The translations under genes were made by a program, and so were the position numbers. From the NCBI GenBank assembly GCA_032718475.1, contig JAUCBJ010000459.1, positions 1 through 64,000 on the forward strand: DNA of 64,000 bases. Direction: 5' to 3'. Of this stretch, positions 10,734 to 20,046 are shown in pieces (within the stretch, counting starts at the first letter, position 1; every line of letters begins with the position of its first letter). The notes beneath the pieces were generated by a model that ran no database searches, had not been told where the DNA came from, and saw only the letters and a list, made by a program, of their open reading frames with translations. Source of the DNA: Nemertoderma westbladi. Lineage: Eukaryota > Animalia > Xenacoelomorpha.

Positions 10734-13700
10734 CTATTGGGACATTGGGATCTCGGCTTGCAAATTATCTTGAATTAACTCTTGGCATTTAACCATTGTT
10801 AGTTCAAAACGCTTTGCATTTCCTTCTGCATCAACATAAAACTCAGCATTATATTGACGCACAATCTCAACACCCATAGCATACACCTGGTCTCGTCCTT
10901 TGGTCATATCCCCACCTGCAGGTCCAGTCTCTGCCATATGATGCCACCTAGTCTCAAATCCCTTACGGTTGTCTGTATTGAGTTTACTCTTGGCGTCACC
11001 AGGAAACCCATATATGAAAGCATACAGAGACCAAGGATGTAAAACAGGATTCTTTGTAAACTCCGAACCTGTTTTATTTTGGTGACTCTGAAGTCTCATT
11101 TTCAGGTTCTCAGTTTGACCAGTGTAATTCACATTAGGCAACCGAATGCTGATAAGCATATACACAAATCCAATTTGTGCACCAGGGATTTCCCTAAAGA
11201 AGGGTCGGAAGGGGTGATATTCAAGCATGAGAGGTACCTGAGGGGGCCCAATAAGAATATTAAGACGTCGTAATAACTGGTCTATATAATCTTGATTGGG
11301 CGACTTCATGCTAAGCAAGATGCGGATACAATTAAAGGCTTCATCCATCTTACCAACAAATGTAAATGTGTTGAGATACCGTACCCTCGATATTAAGGTT
11401 GTTATCTGGGTTTTTAACCATAGCCTATACTTACTCTTGGCATCAGAGGAGATCTGTGTTGCTAAGCTTGGGGCATCTTGTCCTTGTATACCATGGACAG
11501 TACCTGCCCCAAAGTAGCGCACCGGAAACTGCACCCGTCTGCCGAGAAGATTGCTACCAAAACCAGTAGAAGAGGGAGCACAAGGCCGTTGCTTAACTTT
11601 AGCCACAGGCCAGGTACTCTCAACCTCTTCAATTTGACGACAACCTTTTGGAACAACAGCCAATTCCAAGAAATCATCACAATCAGCTGGTACTGCTTTA
11701 ACAACAGACAATTGACCATTGGAAAATTGAGGTTGTCCAGAAAGCTGATTGTATGTGAACCTAAGGATCTGGTTTAGAAATAAAACCAACTCCATTGGTT
11801 CCCGACAAGATCTCGTGATTGAACTGATAATGCTGGGAGTGTTTGTAGGCTTCCATGAAGTAGTATTAGATGCAGTAGAACTAACCTCATCATGGCCGCT
11901 TATTACAACTGTCCCAGGCTCATTCCTATGGAGGTTTAGGTATTTCTGTAGTACCTCTTGCTCTGCAGCTCTAGTGCCAACAACCTTCAAGACATCATCA
12001 GGGACATCATCCCAACTATCAACAAAGTTACACCGCCGCTTCAATATAGCAATCACTTCATCAATAAGGTTTGGACTTGGGTTGGATCTTCGCATAATAT
12101 TAATGACATATTGCAATTCTTGGTCATTAGCACTGCGAACGTAATGCCTTGCCACACAAACAGTGAATGTTGTTAAAAAATGTGTGCTAAGCCATACAAC
12201 CCTACCATCCACAGGTTCTAATTGTAGATGATCTCCACACCCAATGAAGAGTTTGCCACCGAAGGGTCTCTGTGTGTTACAGATTCGGCGTAATACCAAG
12301 TCAATAGCTGCAAGATACTCACATGAGAGCATTCCACATTCCTCAAAGAAGATAACATTCAATCTTTGGAGATATGCGAGTTTGGATGGATTCTTTGCCA
12401 GGGATAATAAGCAATCCTGGGCTAAACAAGTGCTAGTTAATGAGCGTGAACCTCTACCAACACTGAATGGCATCAGTAGATGTAGATGTACACCACCAAG
12501 CAACCTAGCTCTCTCACTGGTAATAGCAGTTAGCTGCACATTTAAACCACGCGAGAGGCTATATGCCAGTCCCATTAGCATAACATGAGTCTTGCCAACA
12601 CCAGGTGCGCCAACCAACCAAGGGGATTTAACAAATGTTGATGATGGATGACAATAAGCATCAACAGCATTCACCAATACTTGTAGCATATTCTTTTGCT
12701 CAGCAATAGATTCCCCAGTTTGGCCACTAGCCACATCCAGTAAAGGTTGCCACTCTAGAGGATGAGCCCGTGTAGCACGTGCTAAATCAGCCATATCTGG
12801 CAAAATCAATCCCTCCTGCCCGTATAAAGCCTCTATAAGATTGTCATGGCTGATCTCCTCTAACCTTTCTACTTCTTTCGTACCTTGCACACGAATACTA
12901 TCCTCATAAAATAGAGGAATAGCCTCATATAACAAGCCATCACCAGCAAAGAATTGCCGAATACCAGTGATTGAAAGATGTAGATAACGTTGGAATTGTG
13001 CACTACCAATAGATTGATAATGCAAGTCTCTCATGACATAGGATTTCAATAAGTCAGTGACTTCACATTCTGGCACAATAACATCATCAGATATTAGACT
13101 TGCCTTCTTGAAAGTTGTACGAATATCCTGAACATCTAATAAATCTAGTTCAGTCTCGAAACTTCCAAGGGAATAGGCAAGGTGAAACAAGAAACGTCCC
13201 ATTTGCAATGGGCTAACACTTGAGAACACAACTATGGCAGGTTTCTTATGTTTCTCGAGCGAACTCACAAAGATCTTATGAAGTTGTCCTCTGGATATAG
13301 GTAAGAATACCTCATCCAATAACTGTCTAGCGATAACATTACCAGTTGTAGCCTTTCTTGTTAGAAATTCTACAGCTAACGGAATGCCAGAAGGTCGTAG
13401 CTTCCATAGATGGTTATTACCATCTATCCAATAGCACTTCTTCAGATCCAAATCAATATGATAATTCTTGGCATTTCCTACAACACAAAAGCATTCGTAG
13501 AATATGTCAAGCTTATCAAAGATTCGAAGCTCAGGAGCTCTTACACTGAAAGAAGTTAAACCATCAGCAATATAATCACTCTTACCCATCTCATTGACAG
13601 TAAGAATTTGATTATTTGTGAAGTTACGCCATTCTGGTAAACCTGGCATCATTAATCGCGTTTGAACAGCTTCAAGGACTCCTAAATGAACATCTCTTGT

Positions 13701-15338
13701 TTGTTGTTTCACAATGCCATGCCGGTACTCAGGACTCAGAGTGGAAACATGGACAAAGTCCACATTTGATCTGATGTATGGGAAGCCCAGAAGATTATGA
13801 AGAATCTCTGGATATCCCATCTCCCGAGCTCTGATGCCACTCTTATTGCTATCCTTCATATCTGCCTGCTTCTTGAGATAATTAACCCCAGATATCTTTA
13901 TCCCCTCTTGTTCAGTATGGGTGACCTTCACTGAGGTCATATTCTTTTGTCCGTCAATTTTAACTGCTCGCCGTTCTTCAGGACCCCCCAAGTACTTGGC
14001 ACAATACGAAGTGCAAAACTTTGTATCACAAGCCTGTACATTGGTGGATGATCTCATAGCAACCCAATACCTAGGTATCGTCGGTACCGCAAACTCATGA
14101 CCACTAGCAGAATAAGTATGGCGACCTCCAATAAGATTTCTATGTGCCAATCGATTACCCTGATCATCTAATCTAAGAGACCCATCATCATTTCTTTGAA
14201 GAAGGTCTATAGATTCCAGATCATTGAGGGCATCATCGCTGTACATGTCAGTCTTAGGTTTAAAGCCATTATCCCAACTATCAACGTGACGAGGCATTCG
14301 GCAAAACGTATTTCCAGACTCGTCAATACGTTTATGGCACCGACTGCCAGCTCGTTCGCAGTTATGCGTTTGCAGGTGCTTTAGGTTGAACAGCTGAGAC
14401 CATTCGTCATCCTCAATGATTCCTTGCTCAACCAATTGAGGACGATCTGTCCCAAAGAAAGGAGATAACAAGTCAGTGGTTCGACAGCAAATCCTATCGC
14501 GTGTCTCCTCTACAGACTCTGGGTGGAGGGTTATTCCACCATGGATATGTAGCATATTTGCTACAGGGGATCCCTGGTCTTGAGCCTCCATTCGTGTCCA
14601 TATATACTTCACATCACCAAAGGGTTTATCGATACCTCGCTCAATCCAATGGTGAAGGTGATCCGCGAAACGATTCCAACAGCGTGTGAATAAGGCAGTG
14701 TACTTCTCCATAGCTAACGCCAGCTTCCTGCCTTCCAGATGCTCATAGAGCTTCCGAACTGCATCATAAACTGGTGAAACCCCTGGAGTATGCGCATTAT
14801 TACAGGTGGCTGTGAAAAAATAATTCCAGTAACCATACCGCAAAAGTGCACAAAGCTCCCTCACACGACGCCGTGATTCCATTTCGTCGAAACGTAAAAT
14901 GGTATCTGAAGCACCAGATTGAAGCCTTTCCTCCCCCTCACAGACTTGTTCAAATCCCTTACGGAGTACAAGCTGAGCAGAAGTATGGTTCAATACTGAG
15001 TTCATGTACACATCAAACCAGTAATGAAGATAGGCTGGATCCTTTGATGAAAACAGCCGCTCATCATATGTCCTGATATGCATATGTTCCCGTAGGGATG
15101 CTATACCATAATTATGAGCATTGAATGGAAGGCCATACAAGAATGATGGAATAGCACCAACGACGCTTCCATTAGCCTTCATGTACCAGAAGTTTCTTGG
15201 AAACAGTAATCCTTCAATGTACATAAGGGGCAAATGGATGCCAGGTGAACGGGAGGCAATATGGTACAGCACCTTATTTACATAGGCAGCTACCTTTACC
15301 CCCATAACCACGAGTACGTTTAAGTATCTGAAGGCCAT
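10734..15338 (-). CDS. HUH Rep + PIF1-like SF1B helicase + C-terminal GIY-YIG endonuclease (C-terminal part of the Rep-Hel transposase)
   Basis: 1534-aa ORF. Rep motif 1 YFFTATCN (~14799-14822); motif 2 EAQDQG..LHIHG (HUH at 14541-14549); motif 3 YCAKY (13992-14006). Helicase Walker A GAPGVGKT (12588-12611), Walker B IFFEECG, PFGG..GDHLQLEPV, TVHGIQG, ISRV. C-terminal GFVYML..YTGQTENLKMRLQSH..GSEFT..PW..E is an SLX1-like GIY-YIG pattern. Confidence 0.93.
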   Translation of the reverse strand: MAFRYLNVLVVMGVKVAAYVNKVLYHIASRSPGIHLPLMYIEGLLFPRNFWYMKANGSVVGAIPSFLYGLPFNAHNYGIASLREHMHIRTYDERLFSSKDPAYLHYWFDVYMNSVLNHTSAQLVLRKGFEQVCEGEERLQSGASDTILRFDEMESRRRVRELCALLRYGYWNYFFTATCNNAHTPGVSPVYDAVRKLYEHLEGRKLALAMEKYTALFTRCWNRFADHLHHWIERGIDKPFGDVKYIWTRMEAQDQGSPVANMLHIHGGITLHPESVEETRDRICCRTTDLLSPFFGTDRPQLVEQGIIEDDEWSQLFNLKHLQTHNCERAGSRCHKRIDESGNTFCRMPRHVDSWDNGFKPKTDMYSDDALNDLESIDLLQRNDDGSLRLDDQGNRLAHRNLIGGRHTYSASGHEFAVPTIPRYWVAMRSSTNVQACDTKFCTSYCAKYLGGPEERRAVKIDGQKNMTSVKVTHTEQEGIKISGVNYLKKQADMKDSNKSGIRAREMGYPEILHNLLGFPYIRSNVDFVHVSTLSPEYRHGIVKQQTRDVHLGVLEAVQTRLMMPGLPEWRNFTNNQILTVNEMGKSDYIADGLTSFSVRAPELRIFDKLDIFYECFCVVGNAKNYHIDLDLKKCYWIDGNNHLWKLRPSGIPLAVEFLTRKATTGNVIARQLLDEVFLPISRGQLHKIFVSSLEKHKKPAIVVFSSVSPLQMGRFLFHLAYSLGSFETELDLLDVQDIRTTFKKASLISDDVIVPECEVTDLLKSYVMRDLHYQSIGSAQFQRYLHLSITGIRQFFAGDGLLYEAIPLFYEDSIRVQGTKEVERLEEISHDNLIEALYGQEGLILPDMADLARATRAHPLEWQPLLDVASGQTGESIAEQKNMLQVLVNAVDAYCHPSSTFVKSPWLVGAPGVGKTHVMLMGLAYSLSRGLNVQLTAITSERARLLGGVHLHLLMPFSVGRGSRSLTSTCLAQDCLLSLAKNPSKLAYLQRLNVIFFEECGMLSCEYLAAIDLVLRRICNTQRPFGGKLFIGCGDHLQLEPVDGRVVWLSTHFLTTFTVCVARHYVRSANDQELQYVINIMRRSNPSPNLIDEVIAILKRRCNFVDSWDDVPDDVLKVVGTRAAEQEVLQKYLNLHRNEPGTVVISGHDEVSSTASNTTSWKPTNTPSIISSITRSCREPMELVLFLNQILRFTYNQLSGQPQFSNGQLSVVKAVPADCDDFLELAVVPKGCRQIEEVESTWPVAKVKQRPCAPSSTGFGSNLLGRRVQFPVRYFGAGTVHGIQGQDAPSLATQISSDAKSKYRLWLKTQITTLISRVRYLNTFTFVGKMDEAFNCIRILLSMKSPNQDYIDQLLRRLNILIGPPQVPLMLEYHPFRPFFREIPGAQIGFVYMLISIRLPNVNYTGQTENLKMRLQSHQNKTGSEFTKNPVLHPWSLYAFIYGFPGDAKSKLNTDNRKGFETRWHHMAETGPAGGDMTKGRDQVYAMGVEIVRQYNAEFYVDAEGNAKRFELTMVKCQELIQDNLQAEIPMSQ

Positions 15339-18144
15339 TCTGACTGTTCAAAAGACAATGAGCAGATACCCTTCCAACATCATAAATAGGAATAGTGGCA
15401 CCAGTTGCCAATCCTACTAATGGATACTCATCGTCATCGTAGTCACCATCGTTTATCCCCACCACATAGTCTTCCATAGGAATAGCAGAATCATCAGTTT
15501 GAAAATCACCACCAAAAATTCTGCTTGCCCTATCTAGAGGATCCTCCACTTCCTCATCATCTGAGTCATCATCAGGACGGCGCTGATCGCCACCTACTTG
15601 TAGACCTCTCGAGTGTTGAATTTGAACATTCCCCTGGTCATTGCAAGGACCAATAAGTATCTCAATCTCAGGTTGAACAATCACATCCTTCCAGTGACTA
15701 AGACACAAACCAACCTCACACTGATTTGCAGGAAACCCATAAGGGCACCGCCAGCGGATATTCTTACTCACACTAGTACCAGAGTGCGACTTAACACATA
15801 ATCCATTATCCTCCCTAAAGTTTTCTCTACGGAGTAATGTTTTATGCTGGGAACACTTAACTTTACTTTGATCAGCGAAATTTGCAAGGAACAGATCGCG
15901 CTGTATTTCAGTAAGATTATAGCAGCCCTTCTTTACATAGATGTAAAGTTGCGCCTTCTTAATGGCACCCTCAGGATCATCTACCATAGGTGGCATCAGC
16001 TTATTTCCCTCATGTAAGAAGTGCTGGAATGAATGATCATCACTCCATCGAAAGATTCCTGACAACTTATCAAAGCTAACCGTCAAAGCAGCATGAAGGT
16101 AATAGCCACGTAACTGCAAAGGAAATGGTTCCCCTCTGCCAGTATTATGTGGCTTGCTAAGGACATAAATGTCATCATTGATTATGTCATCAATACTATT
16201 AACCTCGATACAACCCGGAATAAGTTCTTCCAGCATTAGAGCTACTTGGCTGTCAACAGTTTGACGATGTAAACCAAGATCAATGTCCTCCTCTAATCGC
16301 TCAAGAACATGATAGGCATACATACGTCGCTGCTGTGCTGTGCAATACGTAGCATACACACCAAACTTCAGATACTTAAGAAGTGCCTTTTGGGCATCAC
16401 TCTTAACTTCCAAAGACTGGAGGATACTATGCATCACTCGGCAATGCATCACTGAAAATGATAGCATCTGTAGTCTAAGGCCGGTAGAGAAACCTGTCTC
16501 ATTGTAAATACACCATGACCTTCTGCCGATAGCATTACAAGGTTGCATGATTGGCATTTCATCGAGACAGATATCCTTGAAAGAAAATCGACCTTCTTCG
16601 TTTTCTTCCGTTCCCTTATTCATAATTCTTTCATGAAGCCTGTAGCAATCATACACATCCATGTATGTAGCTCCTTCCAAGGCTTCCTGAATGAAGTGTT
16701 GTTCCGGTGGTTTATAATACCCAGTGACATGTTCAATATATCCAGGATCAAGATGGCGATGTCGTCCCTGTCGCATGAACTCTTTCACATCAGGGCGACA
16801 TTCTAATGTGAGAGATTCAGCGTGGTACAACTTGCCATCTCTGCGGGCTTCTTCAGGGAAATATTGGTGTACAGGATCAAGCTCGATATAGCACGATGAC
16901 AACCCATTAGAATTTCCTTCAGCCCTTACAGTATGGAAACTGTTAGAATAAACACCATCACGTGGGCCACGCACTATATGAGGAGTTAAAGTGGCCATGG
17001 CAAACATGTCTGGGTGAATAATCGGGTCATCAGGAGATACAGGGTTGTTTGGGAGGTGGAAGATAAACTTGTTAGTTGACTTGTGCTTCTTGCATATCAA
17101 GATACCCAAGCCTTTACAAGTTACAATCGTACCACCCATCGCTTCCCAATCGAGTTCCTTGAATGTATATGGCCAATCACTCCTGAAGGACCGTGCTTGA
17201 TCTGGCTTAGCATTAAATACCTGTTTAATTGGGAAACGGCTCGCCAAGAAATGATGGAATGGAATGGGTCGGCATGCTTCCATATACTGGATACATCCCA
17301 TACCACATACAACACTAGGAAAGCAACCATTGTTCATCAAACTAGTAAACTTCCCTAAGTCGATTTCCTCCATCACTTCATGGTACTCTCTAAGATCCTT
17401 GGTAAAGTCCTTGAGAACAGTCTTCGTAGGACGAAGATCAAATTCATCAATGACAAACCTCCAGCTGTCCCTTAACTCTTCCGGCAGTAAATCAAGTAAG
17501 TTGATCGGATTACCCAAACCAGCAACCCTATTTACTAGACCTGAATATATAAAGGATGGCCAGCCACTGGCCCAAACACCATGAGAACCCCTTCCTGCCA
17601 AATAGATGGAGCACTCCTTACAGAGCACATACTCCTCCTTATTGGCACGGAGGAGCGAACCATATTCCCGATTAACTGCTTTCCTACTCATGCGTAACTC
17701 TAATGGATGTTCTGGAGTTTTAATGCGCCTGCAATTCACACAAACCTCCTCATTCTCGAGAATGACCACATTATCACATTGATAATCACCATCAACTTCC
17801 ATTGCAACTTCGCCATCATTGTCTTCAACAACCACATCCACCTCTTCAACCATATCCTCATCACTTTCCTCACTCAGGTCAATATCGGGAAGATTCAAAT
17901 GATCAATACGGATTGAGTCATATCGAAGGGCCTCCTCATCCTCTTCAAATGAAGACCAATCCATTCTATCATCAGATTCCCCAAATTCTCCTGCTTGGGG
18001 TTGGGATGTAGATGGTTGAGGTGGAGGTGGTTGCTGTTGTTCAACATGAGGTGATGTTGATGCAGTGGTTGTAGACAGTTGTGGGTGAGGAAGTGGTATT
18101 GCACTTGCACTCGAGAAGTTGGTTCCACCCGGGTAACTCCACAT
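15274..18144 (-). CDS. Middle part of the same polyprotein: Pro/Gln and acidic linker plus Cys/His-rich putative Zn-binding regions, function unknown
   Basis: 956-aa non-repetitive ORF overlapping the OTU ORF upstream and the Rep ORF downstream. Motifs CVNC..CKEC, CGMGC, CKKH and CSQH..C..CPYG..C..CLSH. The two overlaps suggest frameshifts rather than separate genes. Confidence 0.8.
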   Translation of the reverse strand: MWSYPGGTNFSSASAIPLPHPQLSTTTASTSPHVEQQQPPPPQPSTSQPQAGEFGESDDRMDWSSFEEDEEALRYDSIRIDHLNLPDIDLSEESDEDMVEEVDVVVEDNDGEVAMEVDGDYQCDNVVILENEEVCVNCRRIKTPEHPLELRMSRKAVNREYGSLLRANKEEYVLCKECSIYLAGRGSHGVWASGWPSFIYSGLVNRVAGLGNPINLLDLLPEELRDSWRFVIDEFDLRPTKTVLKDFTKDLREYHEVMEEIDLGKFTSLMNNGCFPSVVCGMGCIQYMEACRPIPFHHFLASRFPIKQVFNAKPDQARSFRSDWPYTFKELDWEAMGGTIVTCKGLGILICKKHKSTNKFIFHLPNNPVSPDDPIIHPDMFAMATLTPHIVRGPRDGVYSNSFHTVRAEGNSNGLSSCYIELDPVHQYFPEEARRDGKLYHAESLTLECRPDVKEFMRQGRHRHLDPGYIEHVTGYYKPPEQHFIQEALEGATYMDVYDCYRLHERIMNKGTEENEEGRFSFKDICLDEMPIMQPCNAIGRRSWCIYNETGFSTGLRLQMLSFSVMHCRVMHSILQSLEVKSDAQKALLKYLKFGVYATYCTAQQRRMYAYHVLERLEEDIDLGLHRQTVDSQVALMLEELIPGCIEVNSIDDIINDDIYVLSKPHNTGRGEPFPLQLRGYYLHAALTVSFDKLSGIFRWSDDHSFQHFLHEGNKLMPPMVDDPEGAIKKAQLYIYVKKGCYNLTEIQRDLFLANFADQSKVKCSQHKTLLRRENFREDNGLCVKSHSGTSVSKNIRWRCPYGFPANQCEVGLCLSHWKDVIVQPEIEILIGPCNDQGNVQIQHSRGLQVGGDQRRPDDDSDDEEVEDPLDRASRIFGGDFQTDDSAIPMEDYVVGINDGDYDDDEYPLVGLATGATIPIYDVGRVSAHCLLNSQNGLQILKRTRGYGGKGSCLCK

Positions 18145-18782
18145 AATGGCAATGGTCTAAAAGCATAATAATGCGCGCCAACATAATCATGGCCAATCAG
18201 GACATTGGGCATTTCTGGCACCCCAACTTGTTCCATATGATTGCCAAACTCAGTAGTCAATACCACGAATAAACGTGAGTAAATTCTACCGAGGGCTTCA
18301 AGGACAATGGAGTTACCAAAAACCACGTCATGAGATTGGTTTGTTAGCTGTGCGACAAATTCCGCAAAAGGCAGTTCATATGGCCCAGGAGCATACTTAT
18401 CAGAAAATTCTTGAGAATGCTCCCGGAGATAGTCCCGCACTTTCTTTCTCATCAACAGAGGGGAATCAGTAATTCCTTGTGATGAGATACGGAATGCATT
18501 AAACATGCAATTTCCATCGCCACGTACCCACACCAATTCCATATTGCGCTTTTCAGCCTCAACACGGAACCAAGCTGCTGCATTCGTCTGAATAGCCATT
18601 GATGAAACCCTCTGCGAGGATGAGCTTCTGGGCGTATCAGATGATGCAGTGGGTTGTGGTGCACCTCCAGTGGCTGGTACTGCAGATGACCTTGCAGTAT
18701 CATAACCAGTAAACCGAGGTCCAGAAACTACCGGTCTAATCCAGGGGGGTCTAATTGAACCTTGAAGGTTCAATCCTGTTGG
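17895..18782 (-). CDS. OTU-like cysteine protease (deubiquitinase) domain exon
   Basis: VRGDGNCMFNAF (catalytic D/C, ~18491-18530), VFGNSIVLEAL and GAHY (catalytic His, ~18167-18180). Preceded by acceptor ttttttttattttag ending at 18783, in frame (phase 0). OTU domains are established N-terminal accessories of Helentron/Helitron2 transposases. Confidence 0.85.
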   Translation of the reverse strand, partial: PTGLNLQGSIRPPWIRPVVSGPRFTGYDTARSSAVPATGGAPQPTASSDTPRSSSSQRVSSMAIQTNAAAWFRVEAEKRNMELVWVRGDGNCMFNAFRISSQGITDSPLLMRKKVRDYLREHSQEFSDKYAPGPYELPFAEFVAQLTNQSHDVVFGNSIVLEALGRIYSRLFVVLTTEFGNHMEQVGVPEMPNVLIGHDYVGAHYYAFRPLPLCGVTRVEPTSRVQVQYHFLTHNCLQPLHQHHLMLNNSNHLHLNHLHPNPKQENLGNLMIEWIGLHLKRMRRPFDMTQSVLII

Positions 18783-19136
18783 CTAAAATAAAAAAAATTC
18801 CATATATAATGAAGTACAATATTTTACAATAATTTAAATCTATGTACAAATCTGACTTTAATTTAAAACTATAAACTAATTAATCAACATACTAGGTATG
18901 CAACAATATGACAAAGTCAATAGACAAAAGTAAAAAGGTAAAATTCAAAAGACAAAAGTCAATGGAACAAAAGTCCAAATACAAAATACATAAAATTATC
19001 TTATAATATAATAATTTCCAGATCCCCTTATATTTTATTACTCAATCTATAAAAATGTTTTAGAAAAAATAATATTCTATGTACATACTAGGCCTCATAC
19101 CGAACTTATGATATTGATATAATGGATTTAACTTAC

Positions 19137-19379
19137 TCTTACAGGAAAGCCCCCTCGATTTATACCACGTAGACCACTGGTGACATTTCGTGGAATGGTG
19201 TAACGGTGGGGTATAAACCGAGGGGGTGATCCCAAGGTTGGGTTTTCCACGGGGGGAGAAATGTTGCTTGAAGTCTCAGCACCGGAAGGGGGTGAGACGC
19301 TGGGGGGTGTGTTGGCTTCCCCATCTGTTGTTTCCATGGGTTCATCTGAAGCAGCACTGGTGGAACCCTCAACTCTCTC
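19137..19379 (-). CDS. Predicted coding exon 2 (81 aa, Pro/Ser-rich linker ERVEGSTSAAS...GGFPVR)
   Basis: Acceptor tacatag (AG at 19381-19380) and donor AGA|GTAAGT (19136-19131). Both are phase 0, the frame is open, and it joins in frame to the OTU exon across a 354-bp intron. Confidence 0.7.
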
Positions 19380-19549
19380 CTATGTACAATATTTACCAAT
19401 AATACCAATAATTTACCAATAATATTAACCAATAATATTCACCAATAATTACGTGGGACTTTATTTACTTAAATAATTACATACGACTTGATTCACCAAA
19501 ATAGTTATGTGAGACTTGATTCACTGTACCAGTGTGTAGAGGTAGGGGA

Positions 19550-20046
19550 GGGGGGGGGGGGGGAATGATTCACTTAAGTTCATAATTGATGTGTAGAGGG
19601 AAGAGAGAGTGGGGGGGGGGGGCATAGGAATGATTCACTTAAGTTCACTATTGATGTGTAGAGGGAGGAGAGAGTGGGGGGGGGGGGGGGGTCCATAGGA
19701 ATGATTCACTTAAGTTCACTATTGATGTGTAGAGGAAAGAGAGTGGGGGGGGGGGGTGGTCCATAGGAATGATTCACTTTAAGTTCACTATTGACGTGAA
19801 GAGGGAAGAGAGAGTGGGGGGGGGGGTCCATAGGAATGACTCACTTAAGTTTACTATTGATGTGTAGAGGGAGGAGAGAGTGGGGGGGGGGGGGGGGGGG
19901 GGGTGGGGGTCCATAGGAATGATTCAATTAAGTTCACTATTGATGTGTAGAGGGAAGAGAGAGTGGGGGGGGGGGGTCCATAGGAATGATTGACTTAAGT
20001 TCACTATTGATGTGTAGAGGGAAGAGAGAGTGGGGGGGGGGGGGCA
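19550..20046. repeat. ~60-70-bp minisatellite with variable poly-G tracts, ~8 copies
   Basis: ataggaatgattcacttaagttcactattgatgtgtagagggaagagagagt(G)n. Confidence 0.9.

Noticed and set aside
18121-18160. Programmed -1 frameshift at CCCGGGT
   Set aside because: The heptamer is not in the required phase of the OTU frame and does not fit the usual X XXY YYZ (Y=A/U) pattern.
10734-18782. Endogenous virus, Polinton or host PIF1 gene
   Set aside because: No capsid, polymerase or integrase is recognisable. The HUH Rep-PIF1 fusion with OTU and a hairpin-CTRR end fits a Helitron-like element.
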